Of a stretch of 64,000 bases of DNA, positions 1-13,030 are shown in pieces; positions within the stretch are counted from its first letter, which is position 1, and the number at the start of each line of letters is the position of its first letter. The stretch is from NCBI GenBank assembly GCA_013265495.1, contig MU058384.1:1551690-1615689 (forward strand). The letters are read 5' to 3'. The notes below the pieces were generated by a model that saw nothing but the letters and a program-made list of their open reading frames with translations, did not search any database and was not told where the DNA came from. Both the position numbers and the translations under genes were made by a program. This DNA is from Vicugna vicugna (Eukaryota).

Positions 1-126
1 AGGATGTGAGGATGAGAACCTTTCCAGATGTGTAGATGCTCCAGATATATTACAGACCATAAATACATGCTGACAAATACCATAAATACATGAGACAAAA
101 TGCATATGACACACAGACATCTGTCA

Positions 127-250
127 CATAAGCTCTAAGAGGACCTTGAGTCTTGTTTTGTTCACTGATGGATCCCAAACAGTACCTAGAATAGTACCTA
201 GCACATAATAAACACTTAATAAATATTTTTAAATTAAAAAAATGAATACT
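127..250 (+). mobile_element. LINE-2 3' end remnant
   Basis: taagctc...tgttttgttcactgatg...cctagcacataataaacacttaataaatattt...aatgaat follows the L2 3'-terminal consensus. Confidence 0.75.
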
Positions 251-1447
251 TTATGGATGTTGTTAGCAGCTTCCTCCCCTTTCACACCACCAGGTAAAAA
301 GCAGCACCTAAAACACTAGCTATGGTAATTTCCAAGTGAAATCTTATCAATGAAAGGTCATTCTTTCTGGCTCACACTTGAATTAGAGTCCAAAAGTGTT
401 CAGATCACCTCATGGCCATGCATAATCTTGGAATCCACAGTTTTATGATGAATGGATGAAAGACAAACATCCTAAAGAGATCCATTAATATGGCTATAAG
501 AGTGGAAAACTGGACCCAGAAGGCAAAAAAATTTAATAAGATCATTTGGTCTTGTTGAGAGCTAACCACATGTATTGAATCTACAAGCTGTCTTTGCACA
601 GAAGTGGCTGACCATCTAAGTTTTGTCTCTAGTGGCGAAAGGACACAAAGTTCTAGACAGAAATTGCCAGGTAATAATGGAAAAGATTGATTTAAGTTGG
701 ACAGAAATATTATTTAGATGTAGAAAGTGTGGTCTTTGGAGATTTAGATTAGGTAGGTAAATTCCAGAGTTTTAGGAACAGCAGAAATGCCCTTTTTTGA
801 ATTGTTCAGATGCCACACAAGGTAGAGGCAGGGGCTGGAGGAGGTAATCTCTTAGGTCATTCATTAGCCCATAAAACTAGGAATAAAGCCAAAGTTTTAA
901 TGAAATCTCATGTAACTTTGTTCATGTTTCCCTGGAATTAATATGTTAAATAAGTATAAATTGTATATATGTGGTGTCTTATCAATATAGAGATCTGAAA
1001 TAATTTCTCCAGGGAACAAATAGCATTTCACTGAGTTCCTGGGGCAACAGGAAGTGAATACACATAAAAATAATTACCAGATTGAAAAGTCATTCCCCTA
1101 ACCTCTTGTAAATCCTAAGTACTACTTATAATGAGAATGTTCTTACAATTCTCTAAAATGATGTATTATTTACCAACTGGGGAAAAAATTAACTGGACAT
1201 GAAAATAGACTCCCAATTAAAGAACTCCAACTTATTCTTAGTTTTGTATCTCATCATTTGTTACTCTATAGTTATAAAGAAATTAGCATAAAAAATGTCA
1301 TCAAGATAGACTCCTAGCATGCTTCTGTACCCAGAGCTGTCAGTTTTGGAGTTTGGAACTTGGAGAAAATCACAGTGAGAAAAACAAAACAAAACAAAAA
1401 ACTCTTCACTCCCATGATTTTGTATTAAAATAAACTCAGGAAAATTG

Positions 1448-1670
1448 ACATAATAGAAAGAGGAGTGGATCTGATGTTGAAAGCCTTGGGTTCAAGTTGA
1501 GATTCCATAACACACAAGCTGTGTGACTTTGGGTAAGTCACAACCTTTCTAGAAAAACTTAATTTTCTTTATCTGTAAAATAAAGATAATAGTAACTATA
1601 ATGGAAAGTTATTGCAATAACATTCAAATAGGTGTGTGAAAGCACATAGCAGAGAGGGCACTCAATATTG
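1448..1670 (+). mobile_element. MIR SINE
   Basis: gggttcaagt...gctgtgtgactttgggtaagtcacaacctttct...tttctttatctgtaaaataaagataatag is the MIR core. Confidence 0.8.
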
Positions 1671-2257
1671 TTCAAGTGTTGCTACAAATTAGTTATTTTC
1701 TTACTTTTCTATAAAAACTATAACCTCCTTTAATAGCAAAAGCAGAGAAAAGCAATAGCAATCTGTAATGATTTTGTGGAAGTGTATAGTGATGGGGTTG
1801 AGGAAGGAGTCAGTTTAGCAGCCAAATATATATACACAAGTTCATGAATATAAAGTTTCATGTCAGCACCCAGTGCCTCCATGAACCATCACCCATCCAT
1901 CTGATCCCAGGCAGTTTGAGGTCCAGGGAGCACCATCTGGCTGATTCCATCCTAGAAACAGCTCCGAACAATGACAATCAAGATGGCCCCCAGTCTCTAG
2001 CCTTCTGGTATAACTTTTTGATCTTCAAATACGTGACTCAAGCCCCCATTCTTAGTACTGTGAAATTCTGGTGTTGTCTTTCATGTGTCTTAGAATTTCT
2101 GAGGCATAAGATGAGGGATGCATTCATGTTTTCCATGACAGCTCACTCAGAATTCTGTTCCTTACTCACTTCCCTGCACTCTGCTTGCCATCTCCCTCCT
2201 TGAAGCTGCTCTTTCCTCTCTAGTCTGATTCTCACTAGTATGGACATCGTCTCTTCT

Positions 2258-2777
2258 TGTAATAGGGAAAGACAAGTCTGACTCCATATTAGATCTGTTC
2301 CTTTAGCTCTAACTCTGCACTCTGTTTTCTGTGCTTAGTCATACTGGTTCTGCACCTTTTGTAAAAGAATGTTGCCTATAGCCTGAAATGTAGAGGACAG
2401 CCCATTCTCAAGTCTCTGTCCTTTAAGAGTACAACACTTTTCCATTCCTATAGAGGTAAAAAGTTGCAGAACAGAGAATAACATTTGTCTTGTTGGAGGC
2501 TTACAGAAACATCATGACCTGACCTATATGGACAGCTGCAAGAACAAAGGATTCTGACACCAAGAAGTTTGCAACAACCAACCACACCCCCTCCTCCTTT
2601 TAATGTAAAAAGAGCCTGATTTCTGACTTGGGTAAGATGGTTCTTTAGAACATTAGTTCCCCTTCTTCTTGGTCTGCTGGCTTTTAGAATAAAGTCAATA
2701 CTCCTTGACCCAACACTTCATCTCCCGATTTATTGGCCTATCATGCCACGAGTAGAACAAGTTTGAACTCAGTAATA
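2258..2777 (+). mobile_element. Solo LTR, ERV1 class (MER34/MER39/MER41-like)
   Basis: Starts TGTAAT, ends GTAATA (decayed ...ACA); AATAAA near 2688; 3' end atttattggcctatcatgccacgagtagaacaagtttgaactcagtaa resembles MER39/MER34-type U5; flanks ttct/gtct are a 4-bp TSD with 1 mismatch. Confidence 0.8.
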
Positions 2778-3175
2778 GTCTTTCTTACTGCCCTTAAGAA
2801 CCTCTAACACAAAACTGTTGTGCATAACAGACTTGACCAAAAGTTTGGGGATAATAAGAATCATTACAACCCAGAGCTGAAAATATCTGCATACTGAATT
2901 TCAGATGTTCCTTTTTCTGGAAATGTATTTTTCTTTCCTAGATCCATAGAAACTTCTCACTGATGATGAAAAGCTGGGTCCTTCTCTGCAGCCAGTTTAC
3001 TTCTTAGACTTTCCTCTCCTTTCATCTTTTCCCAAGCCAACAGCAGAGAAGCCCTAAATTCCTGCCATTTTAGAGCTGTTGATATTCTATTTCATGCTTT
3101 TCCATCTAGACTGACACAAGGGCCTTTGGCCTACTTTTTTCATAGTCAATGGAGCCATTAAGGTATTTTCTCAGG

Positions 3176-3218
3176 AAAAAACAAACAAACAAAAAAACAA
3201 AAACAAACAAACAAAAAA
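3176..3218. repeat. (AAAC)n / A-rich simple repeat
   Basis: Seen directly. Confidence 0.85.
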
Positions 3219-3879
3219 CCTCCCTGGGGAAATTCTCCTGGAACAAACAGCTCAAACTAGAATTAGGTTTAAAGAAAATGCTTCTTCCTATTTCATACAG
3301 TTTAGGGTAATAGTGTCCTATTATCAGATTTAGGTAGAAGGGACACACTAGTCAGGCATGTCTGCCAAGGGAAAACATCACTGGCAGGAAGGAGGAGTAG
3401 AAAGGTCAGAGATAAATGTTTTCCTTAGTTTTTATTTTTCACAGAAAAGATAATGCTCTCCAAGGTCTTCCATCACCTCCATGTACTCCAACACTTCGGA
3501 TTATAAAGAGCTCATAACCTAAGCCAAATTTAGGCAGAAAAGAGAGCTACAGATCCCAGAAAACAGAAGGAGCTACCAAGTACCCCCTAGATAGTAGTGT
3601 CCAGCTTTGCCATGCAGCTTCTGAAAGGTAAGGCCAGAGTCCTTGGCTCAAATCCCACCATGTCTAGAAGCCTATGTGCAGAGGGAAAATGAAGTGATTA
3701 ATAAGGAAAGTTGTAGACAGCTCATTTTGTTTCTTGCTCTATCAGGGGTCCTGACATGGGAAAAGGAAAGGTTCCACTCAAATGTAGCTGTTGCCAGTAA
3801 AGCTGCCTTTTCGAAATATACTTAAACCTTGCCAGATACTTGCTGAGAAATTCCAGTCACCCCTCAGCCCTGAAAATCT

Positions 3880-4564
3880 GACCTCTTCTTTCCAAATCCA
3901 CCATCACCTTCCTAGTCCAAGCTTGTATGAATTTTCTCCTGGAGTTCTGCAATCATCTTCTACCTAGTCTATTCACTTCCAAACTGGCCTCCCTCCCATC
4001 TGTTTTCCAAATTGTAGCCTGTGTGATATTTCCAAATCTTAACTATGATCATTTTAGCCTGTACTCCCACCCCCTTGCTATAAACCATTGCTTAAAAACT
4101 TCAGTGACTTAGCATACCTATTAAGATAAAGACAACTTACCATAACATGGCATACAAGACCATGGGTGGTCCAGCTTCATCTACCTTTCAAGCCTTGTGC
4201 CACCATGCTCCCCTCTGGTCTTTTCAAGCTACAGAGGCCCTTGTTCAACCCCTTTGATTCACAGCACTTCAGGCTGCCACAAGTTTTCCTACTAAGAACA
4301 GTCCTCCCTCCCTTTTTCCCTCATTAGCTCCTACTCTTCCTTCAGATGTCAGCTTAAGCATCACTTTCTCAGGGAAGCCTTCTCTATTCTCCTTGAAGGA
4401 GCAAATGCTGCTAACATCACTGTTGCAATTTTTCATTCGTTTGGGTGTTTATTTGATACATTACTGACCCTCCCACAAGACTGTAAACTTCATGGAGAAA
4501 TTATATCTGAATTTTTTTACCAGGGTATTCCTTTATTGAATGAATGAATGAATAAATGAATGAA
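3880..4564 (+). mobile_element. LINE-2 3' fragment
   Basis: Pyrimidine-rich L2 body (ctagtccaagc, tatgatcatt, cagcttaagcatcacttttctcagggaagccttct), agactgtaaacttcatggag, and terminal (GAAT)n tail. Confidence 0.8.
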
Positions 4565-5052
4565 CATCAGCTCATCAATTAGCGGATATTTTTTCTGTAC
4601 CTGAGAAATTAAAAACTTGTCAATCAATTTAATCACTTTTCAATAGCCATGTTTTAATGAATGAGGAGTGTTGTTAGTACAAAGATTTCCAGTGATTAGG
4701 TTTATTACTATCATCATCATCATCATAACTGGTTTATTGTCAATATCATTGCCTTCATAATTTGGCATTTCATAGCTATTATTACATTCATTAATTAGAT
4801 TTTATACTTCCATTATTTATAAAATGTTTTTTGTAAATGCCAAACCCCATTGAGAAAAGAATCCACTAAGACTTTAGAAGTATCAGACTGTGGCTAGAGG
4901 GTCATTTTAGAACTAGGGGTTGCCTATGGATCTATTTTATTAGTATTTCCAGGAGGCAAATGCCATTTGGAAAATTAAGGCCTTGAGAAAGATCACAGAA
5001 ACATTTATAGCCACTTAAGGAGTAAATTTTCCTACTGATAAACTCATCACAT

Positions 5053-5150
5053 TAGACTTAGATGGGACCTTGGAGGTCATTTCCCTAACATTCATTATTG
5101 CATACATGATCAAGCCAAGCTTGGACTTTCATAAGGTCATTTAGCCAAGG
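5053..5150 (-). mobile_element. MIR-type fragment
   Basis: ttagacttagatgggaccttggaggtcattt...aaggtcattt resembles antisense MIR/MIR3. Confidence 0.5.
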
Positions 5151-8100
5151 CAAGCCCTGCATTTATTTTTATTCAGCTCCTTTAAAACTGCTGTATATTG
5201 AGTCAACTCCAAATGTATTAAAACTGAGGGTCGTAACAATTCATATCCCACTGTCGGAGCCAGCTGAGATATGAATAGCTTTCCAGGTTGCCAGGCTGGA
5301 GTTCCTTATAAATGGACACTCATCTTTATTTGTTATTTAAGTCCAATCTGAATTTAGGAACTAGATCTGCTATGTAGTTCTGTGCAAAATCACTTATATG
5401 TCACTTTATCAAAAAAGCCTTTCACCTTTTAATAAGAAAGCTCTGCCTCTATGAAAAGGGTAAGCTCTTGTGTGATCCCAAGGTCAACTGCACATTCCCC
5501 AAGGTCAGTTCTTGTATCTGCTGCTTTTTGTCCGTATCTAGCTGGAAAAGAACTCAATACCTCTTTGGTATCACCCAGAAGAGTGCATTCTATCTAATGT
5601 TAATAAGCAATGTAACCTTTGCTGGAGGTACTAGGGAAGGAAGGAGGTGGCATTAATCCTCACTAATTTCAGCAAACAATTTAAAAACCTTATCAGAAAT
5701 GTCCGCTTTCCTCTAAGTACCTCCTCAGTCAAGTTGCACAAGGGGTTTTTCATTCTTTCTTTTCCCATCTGCAGTGTACATCCTCATTTTTCTTCTCCTC
5801 CCTTCCAAATTTTCTCTTTCCTCAAGAATTTCTTACTCCTTTCCTACCCATCCATCCCCTCCCTATTCTTTTCAGAGCAATGTATCTGTATCCTAGCTAC
5901 TGTCTTTAAACTTCCATGTTCAACTCATCAAGGAATTCAACAAAACAAAGGGACTTCTGGTTAACAAGGCCCACTTTCTTAGAGGATCATTTAGGTCTTT
6001 TGTTATTTGAGTATAAATAAATACATATTTTTTAATATAAAAAAATTTTTACTGTTATAAATTTATAAAATTTTAAAATATATTTATAAATAAAATGTGT
6101 TCTTTTTCTAAACACATACCTAATTCTCCCCTAGAGGAATTCTAGCAATTGAACTCTTCTCCATCCTATTACATAGCAGTAAAAAGAAACTCTCTTATAG
6201 TGATCTGAGTTGATACTTCCCAAGGCATGCTGCTGTCATAAAGGAGTTTTCTAAGGTACTTTTGCTTTTAATGAAAAATTTTCAAATTTAAGATTTCCTC
6301 AGAGGGGAATAAAAAATAACAACAACAACAACAACAAAAATCTTCCATTTTTTTCCCCAAGACTCCAAATTTCCAGGCATTAGTACATATTGAAAAAAAT
6401 TTTATCAGGGTTCCTAACTGCGATGTGAGAAAGCAGTTGCCTGTCTTTCAGGAACCTCAGTCTTAGGAAATGACCATAAGAGTTGAAAATGTAGGCATAC
6501 AATATCTGGAGTATAGAAGTAGATTCACTTCTTATTCCTTTACATGCTTTTCCCTTAATAAAACGATAATGAAATGATTAGCCAATGATCTAATACCCTC
6601 TTTGTCAGTGGCACAAATAACCAGCTGCCATCATCACATAACTGAGTGACTGCTGGTTGACCAAACTCTCACCAGTGGTAGCACCATCAAGACATCCAGA
6701 AAGTTCCCAATGAAACTCCAAGGGGAAAAATGTCTTACAAGCAAATGGTATGGAGGCAACCTTTCTAGTCCAAGAATCTGCTCTCATAAATGCTAATAGG
6801 ACTAGAATAAGGAATAAAACACTAGGTAATACCTACAAAAAGCTAGAGAAGTTACTGTTTGTAAGTCCTCCTCTGAAGAATTTTTAAATTATGAAAAAAA
6901 TTTTAAAAATAAAGATACCTTGGAGAACTCATTTCACAAGATGTAAACATTGGCATCAGCATTACTATTTCCAAAAGGAGAAGATAGATCTTGAGAAGTT
7001 GGCAAAAGTGAGAAAAAAAATTGGTTAGATGAATAAAATTCACAGGTCCTATTTTAAAAAAACACTTTAAAAATGTTTTCAAATATTGTAAGTGGAAATG
7101 AATAAATTAATAATCTGTAATGGTAAGAATAAGACATCCATACTTTAACTTCTTGTAGAATAGAATTTTATATTGGGATATCTGTATATGTGGCCAATTT
7201 TTTTTTAATTTTAAGATTATTAAGATTACAAAATATAAATTATTTTGTGTGCTTCTGCTGATAATATTTTTATTATGCTACTCAAGACATAACTGAATCT
7301 CTTTTTCTCATTTGCTTTGTCAAAAATTATACTTTTAAAAACTTTTTACTTTTCAAAGTGTATAAGAAGAAAAAGTATAATTTTTAATTACAAAAATTGA
7401 AATTTAAAATCAAGTAATTATATTTCATTTCTTCATTTATAATTCTCCAAAATAATGATAACAGTATCTTGCACAATTTGAAAACAGTTGTTTCAGTCAT
7501 CTCTTCTAGAACAGCATGACTTCATGGTACCAAAACATCTGAATGGGCCAAATTCGTTAATCAAGCAGAATACCTAATTTGCAATGAGTCCTAAAGGCTT
7601 CAGTATTCTATCCTCTGTAGCAACATAGAGTTGTTCCTATTTTATTAGGTAAGCCAATGTATTTGCAAAACAGTTACAAGAATGCAATTTAATTTGGGAG
7701 TTTGGTAAACATCTAGGGATTCATTCATTATGACCTCCACATTGAGTTCACTTTGTACAGCAGCATAAAAATAATTGCTTAGAGCTCTAAAATGTGAGAC
7801 CTTTTTTTAAAAAAAATTCATAAGCCTTATACGTCATATGTGCCTTTCAAGTGTTTACATTGACTGTTTGTTTCATTGCCTTTCAGAACTACAGTTTGAA
7901 TGAATAGGTAAATTACAGCAGCAATGGGCGCCGGGAGTGACTGACAAGCTCCGAGAGGTTATGTGGAAGGAGGTGGAGAAGATACCAGAAAAGCTAGAAC
8001 ACAGCTGTCAGCATGTCCCAGCGTGACAGTCTGTAACCCACTTGCTGACTGGTGCTGGGGATATTCCTCAAGAGAAACAACCAGCATGTGACTTAAACCA

Positions 8101-9264
8101 AACTATTTAAAGTATGTGTTGTTTTAAACCAGGGAAGGGAGTGGAAAACAAGTCCACCAAAACATCTAAAGCACTGGACTCGTCTTGAGACAGATGTTTA
8201 CGTAAACTCCCAGGTCAAGACACTGACTCCTAGTGAATTAACCTATGAAAACACCTAGCCACTTGTATCGATTAGTCATTATTTTTACCTGATGAAATCA
8301 GAGTATGGGTTCAGAGGCCATGCACATTTATACCCTGAAAATTCAAGTGTCCCCTTGTTTTCAAACGCTTCTCTGATTACTATTAGTGTCAGAAAATTGT
8401 GAAAAAGAGTTGTTTTCAAATGGCAACTGACGTGGACATTTGAAATTTGCTCAGGTCTCTGAACCAGAGAAGAGTCAGAATGACAATCCATGAAGAGGGA
8501 CTTCGAAGTTAAATGCAAAATAACCTGATAATGTTATTAGACAGTTAAAAAAATACAACAAGGAATGATTATAGTATACCATATACCATCCTGGATGAAG
8601 GGACATGTTTTATTTCTTTGTTTTTTAATATCAAATTTAGTGGTAGATAAAAACACACTTTTCCAGAAATAAAGGGCTAGCTAAGAGGAATAAAAGCTGA
8701 GAGTCTGAAGTGTCCTACTTTACCCAACACCAGTGATAAATATGTTCAGAGAAGAAAGTCTTACATTAACCTTATTAACATAATGCCATACACCCCTAGA
8801 TGATCAGTTTATGACCTGAAGCTTTTGATGTTCCTTTTAGCATTTTGCAAGCCACTTTTAAAGAAAACTGCCTGTCTTGCATAGCAATAATAGATATTCC
8901 CCTAGTTTACTTGTAAAGAAACTAAATGCCACTGAGGAAAGATTATTTAAATTTTTGCTTTACTTCCAAACATTGTCTGTCTGGTTAGACTTTAGCAAAC
9001 ATAGTCTAGGATGCAGAACAAACCCCATGGTACTATAGCATTGTAACTTCCCAAGCATTATTATCAGGTCCATCAGCGTTAATTACTCATATCTAGAGTC
9101 ATACACATAGAGCCAAAGCCTACATGGCTGTAGGCTCTGTACTTCTACATGTTCACACTGGAATGTGTGTGTTTGTGACTACAGAAATGGCCCCTACACC
9201 CAAATCCACCTTATGAAGCAGCCTTATCTACTCAGAATAGAGTCAAGAGTCCAAATAGATGCCC

Positions 9265-9386
9265 CTAGACTGTAGGTTACATAAGCTCGAGGATTTGGTC
9301 GTCTTATCCATTGCTGTATTTCTGGAACCCAGAATAGACTCTGGCATGTGGTAGGAAACTGCTAAATAGTTGTGAAATAAATGAAT
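9265..9386 (+). mobile_element. LINE-2 3' end remnant
   Basis: ctagactgtagg...tcttatccattgctgtatttctggaacccagaatagactctggcatgtggtagg...aaataaatgaat. Confidence 0.8.
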
Positions 9387-9674
9387 ATTGCATTGCCTAT
9401 GCACATAAGGTCATGCAATTTGCTCATAGGAGAGTGCCCTAGGCCCAAATCTAGACTGCTTGTCTTATGCAAGATTCTGCCGAGCTTAGTTTTCTGGTTT
9501 CCCAGGCCACCAAAAATAAAAAAGCAACAAATTACAAGGGTGTGGGGGAACTACTGCTAGAAGCATATGCAACATAATGAAAAATAAACACTGGCTTCCT
9601 ATAACCAGAGAAAGAGACGGGAAACCTATGAAACTTAGCTACAAGTTCTCAAAAAAAAAAATGTATGCTTATTT

Positions 9675-10177
9675 AACTTTTGAGAACTTGTGTTCCAACA
9701 ATGTATCTTTGTTTTGGTATGCTTCTGAATATTATATAAATAGAATCATTGTAATGAAATCTCCTGACACTGGCTTTTTATCATTCAAAATTATCTTGAG
9801 ACCCATCTGTGTATCTAGTTTGTTCATATCCACTATAAATGAGGAGACCACAATTTTTCCATTCTAATACCTATATATATATATATATATAAAACTACTA
9901 ACAATTCTTTGTTTTTACAACCAGTTTCAATGAGCATTCCTTAACAGATGCAAGAACAAGAGGTCCTCTAAAGTTTATCTGTAGAAGTGGAATAACTGGA
10001 TTGTAGGGAGTGCACATCAGCTTTCCTAAGTCCTACCAAATTGATTTCCTAAATGCTGGTACCACTTTACATTCACACTAGTGGTTGAGGGTTCCCATTA
10101 CTCCACATTCTTGTCAATATTTTGTATTTATTCAATTTTTAATTGTTCCAGTCTTGTGTGTATGGCATAGTATGTCA
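9675..10177 (-). mobile_element. Old LINE-1 3' region (L1M-type), antisense
   Basis: Diverged antisense L1 3' motifs (tatataaatagaatcatt, tagaagtggaataactggattgtaggg, accactttacattcacactag, agggttcccattactccacattcttgtcaa); contains (TA)10 at 9872-9891. Confidence 0.7.
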
Positions 10178-11652
10178 TTTTTTTTTAATTTTTATACAGT
10201 TTTAAAGGTTACACTCCATTTACAGTTATTACAAAATATTGGCTGTATTCCACATGTTGTACAATACATTCTTGTAGCCTTCCTTACATCCAATAGTTTG
10301 TACCTCCCACTCTCCCACCCCTATACTGCCCCTCCACTGGTAACCACTAGCTTGTTCTCTATATCTGTGAGTCTGCTTCTTTTTTGTTATATTCACTAGT
10401 TTGTTGCATTTTCCAGATTCCACATATAAGTGATATCACACAGTATTTATCTTTCTCTGTTGGACTTATTTCACTTAGCATAATGCTCTCCAAGTCCATC
10501 CACGTTGCTGCAAATGGCAAATTTTCATTCTTTTTTATGACTGAGTAGTTTTCCATTGTATATATAAACTACATCTTCTTTATCCATTCATTTGTTGATG
10601 AACACTTAAGTTGCTTCCGTATCTTGGCAATTGAAAATAATGTTGCTAGGAACTGGAGTGTGTCTATCTTTTAAAATTAGTGTTTTTGGTTTTGATTTTT
10701 TGGATATATCCCTAGGAGTCATATTGGTGGGTCATATGGTAGTTCTATTTTCAGTTTTTTGAGTAACCCCCATACTGTTTTCCACAGTGGCTGCACAATT
10801 TACATTCCCACCAGCAGTGTAGGAGGGTTCCCTCTACTCTACATCCTTGCCAACATTTGTTATTTGTGTTCTTTTTGGCGACAGCCATTCTAATAAGTAT
10901 GTGGTGATATCTCATTGTGGTTTTGATTTGCATTTCCCAGATGATTAGTAACGTTGAGCATCTTTTCTTGTGCCTGTGACCATCTGCTTTTCCTCTTTAG
11001 AAAGATGTCTATTCAATTTGTCTGCCCATTTTTTAATTGTGTTGTTTGTTTTTTGGATGTTGAGTTGTCTGAGCTATTTATATATGTTGGATATTAATCC
11101 CTTATCAGTCGTAAATATTTTCTCCCATTCAGTAGGTTGTCTTTTCATTTTGTCAGTGGGTTCCTTTGCTATGCAAAATCTTTTAAGTTTAATTAGATCC
11201 TAGTTGTTTGTTTTTGCTTTTATTTCCTTTGCTTTAAGAGAAGGATCCAAAAAAATCCCTCCTACAACTTATGTCAAAGATTGTTCTACCTGTGTTTTCC
11301 TCCTGGAGTTTTATAGTATCTGGTCTTACATTTAGTTCTTTAATCCATTTTGAGTTTATTTTCGTATGTGGTGTTAGGGAGTGTTCTAATTTTCAATCTT
11401 TTACATGTAGCTGTCCAGTTTTCCTAGCGCTGCTTACTGAAGAGACTGTTTTTTCTCCATTGTATATTCTTACCTCTTTTGTCATAGATTAATTTATGGT
11501 AAGTGGATGGGTTTATTTCTGGGCACTCTATTCTGTTCCATTGATTTGGGTGTCTATTTTTGTGCCAGTACCAGATTGTTTTGATGGCTGTAGTTTTGTA
11601 CTATAGCCTGAAGTCAGGAAGTGTGATTCCTCCAGCTCCATTCTTCTTTCTT
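10178..11652 (-). mobile_element. Younger LINE-1, 5'-truncated (3'UTR plus ORF2 C-terminus), antisense
   Basis: Poly-T at 10178; ORF fragments [10 protein letters not shown]...CWWECKL (10751-10933) and FAATWMDLESIMLSEIS (10359-10556) match the L1 ORF2 C-terminal region; 3'UTR same type as the copy at 24100. Confidence 0.92.
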
Positions 11653-11654
11653 TA

Positions 11655-13030
11655 TATATGCTTCTTTATAATGTGTTTCAAAATCAGGAAGTGTGAGGCC
11701 TCCAGCTATGTTCTTCCTTCTCAATATTGTTTTGACTATTTGTGGTCTTTTGAAATTCCATATGAATTTTAGGATGGATTTTTTATATCTCTCAAAAAAA
11801 TGCTATTGGGATTTTGATAGTGATTGCATTGAATCTTTGGGTCACTTTAGGTGGTGTAGACATTTTAACAATATTAAGTCTTCCAATCCATGAACATGGG
11901 ATGTTTTTCCATTTATTTATGTCTTCTTTAATTTCTTTTATCAATGTTTTGTAGTTTTCAGTGCATAAGTCTTTTGCCTTCTTAGTCAAGTTCATTCCTA
12001 TTTTATTCTTTTTTAAATGCTATTATAAATGGGATTGTTTTAATTTTCTTTTGAGGTTGTTAATTGTTAGTATATAGAAACATAACTGATTTTTGTGTGT
12101 TAATTTTTATTCTGCAACCTTGCTGAATTTGTTTATTAGTTCTAACACTTTTTTGTACGTGTGGAGTGCTTAGGATTTTCTACAGATACAATTATGTTGT
12201 CTGCAAACAGATCATTTTACTTCTTCCTTTCCAATTTGGACGCCTTCTAGTTTCTTTCTCTTGCCTAATTGCTTCTGTAGCACTCCAGTACTATGCTGAA
12301 TAGAAGTGACAGACTGAGCATCCTTGCCTTGTTCCTGATCTTAAAGGGATTACTTTCAGTTTTTTACTATTAAGTATTATGTTAGTTGTGGACCTTTCAT
12401 ATATGGTATTTATTGTATTGAGGTCAATCTCTTCTATTCTTAGTTTGTTGAGTATTTTTTTAAATCATGAAAGGGTGTTGGATTTTGTCTGACGCTTTTT
12501 CTGCATCAAATGAAATGATCATGTGGTTTTTGTCCTTCATTCTGTTAATGTAGTACATTGATTGAGTTTTGTATGTTGAAGCATCTTTGTATTCCAGTAA
12601 TAAATCCTTCTTTGTCATGGTGTATGATCTGTTGATTTCATTTGCTAATATTCTGTTGAGGATTTTTATATCAATACTCATCAGGAGTATTTGCCAGTAA
12701 TTTTATTTTCTCTTAACATCGTTCTCTGATTTTGGTAGCAGGGTAATACTGGTCTGATAGAATGAATTTGGAACTGTTCCCTCCTCTTCAAGTGTTTGAA
12801 AAGTTTGAGAAGGATTGGCATTAGTTCTCCTTTAAATGTTTGGTAGAATTCTTCAGTGAAGCCATCTGGTACTGGATTTTTCTTTGTTGGGAGGTTTTTA
12901 TTATTTATTTAGTCTCCTTGCTAGTTATAGGTCTGTTCAGATGTTGCATTTCTTCGTGATTCAGTCTTAGTAAGTTGTGTGTTTCTAAAAATGTATCCAT
13001 TTCTTCTAGTTATCTTATTTGTTCGCATAC
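11655..13030 (-). mobile_element. LINE-1 ORF2 (RT region) fragment of a different, older subfamily, antisense
   Basis: ORF fragments [33 protein letters not shown] and [23 protein letters not shown] are canonical L1 ORF2; frameshifted. Confidence 0.9.

Noticed and set aside
540..875. Faint L3/CR1 resemblance
   Set aside because: Too diverged to support by eye.
6010..6100. Extremely AT-rich quasi-palindromic tract
   Set aside because: Low-complexity sequence with no defined termini or repeat unit.
7887..8110. Frame LQFE*IGKLQQQW...VPA*QSV... with two in-frame TGA codons (selenoprotein or readthrough?)
   Set aside because: No recognisable protein, SECIS or upstream coding exon; two TGAs in about 75 codons is expected by chance.
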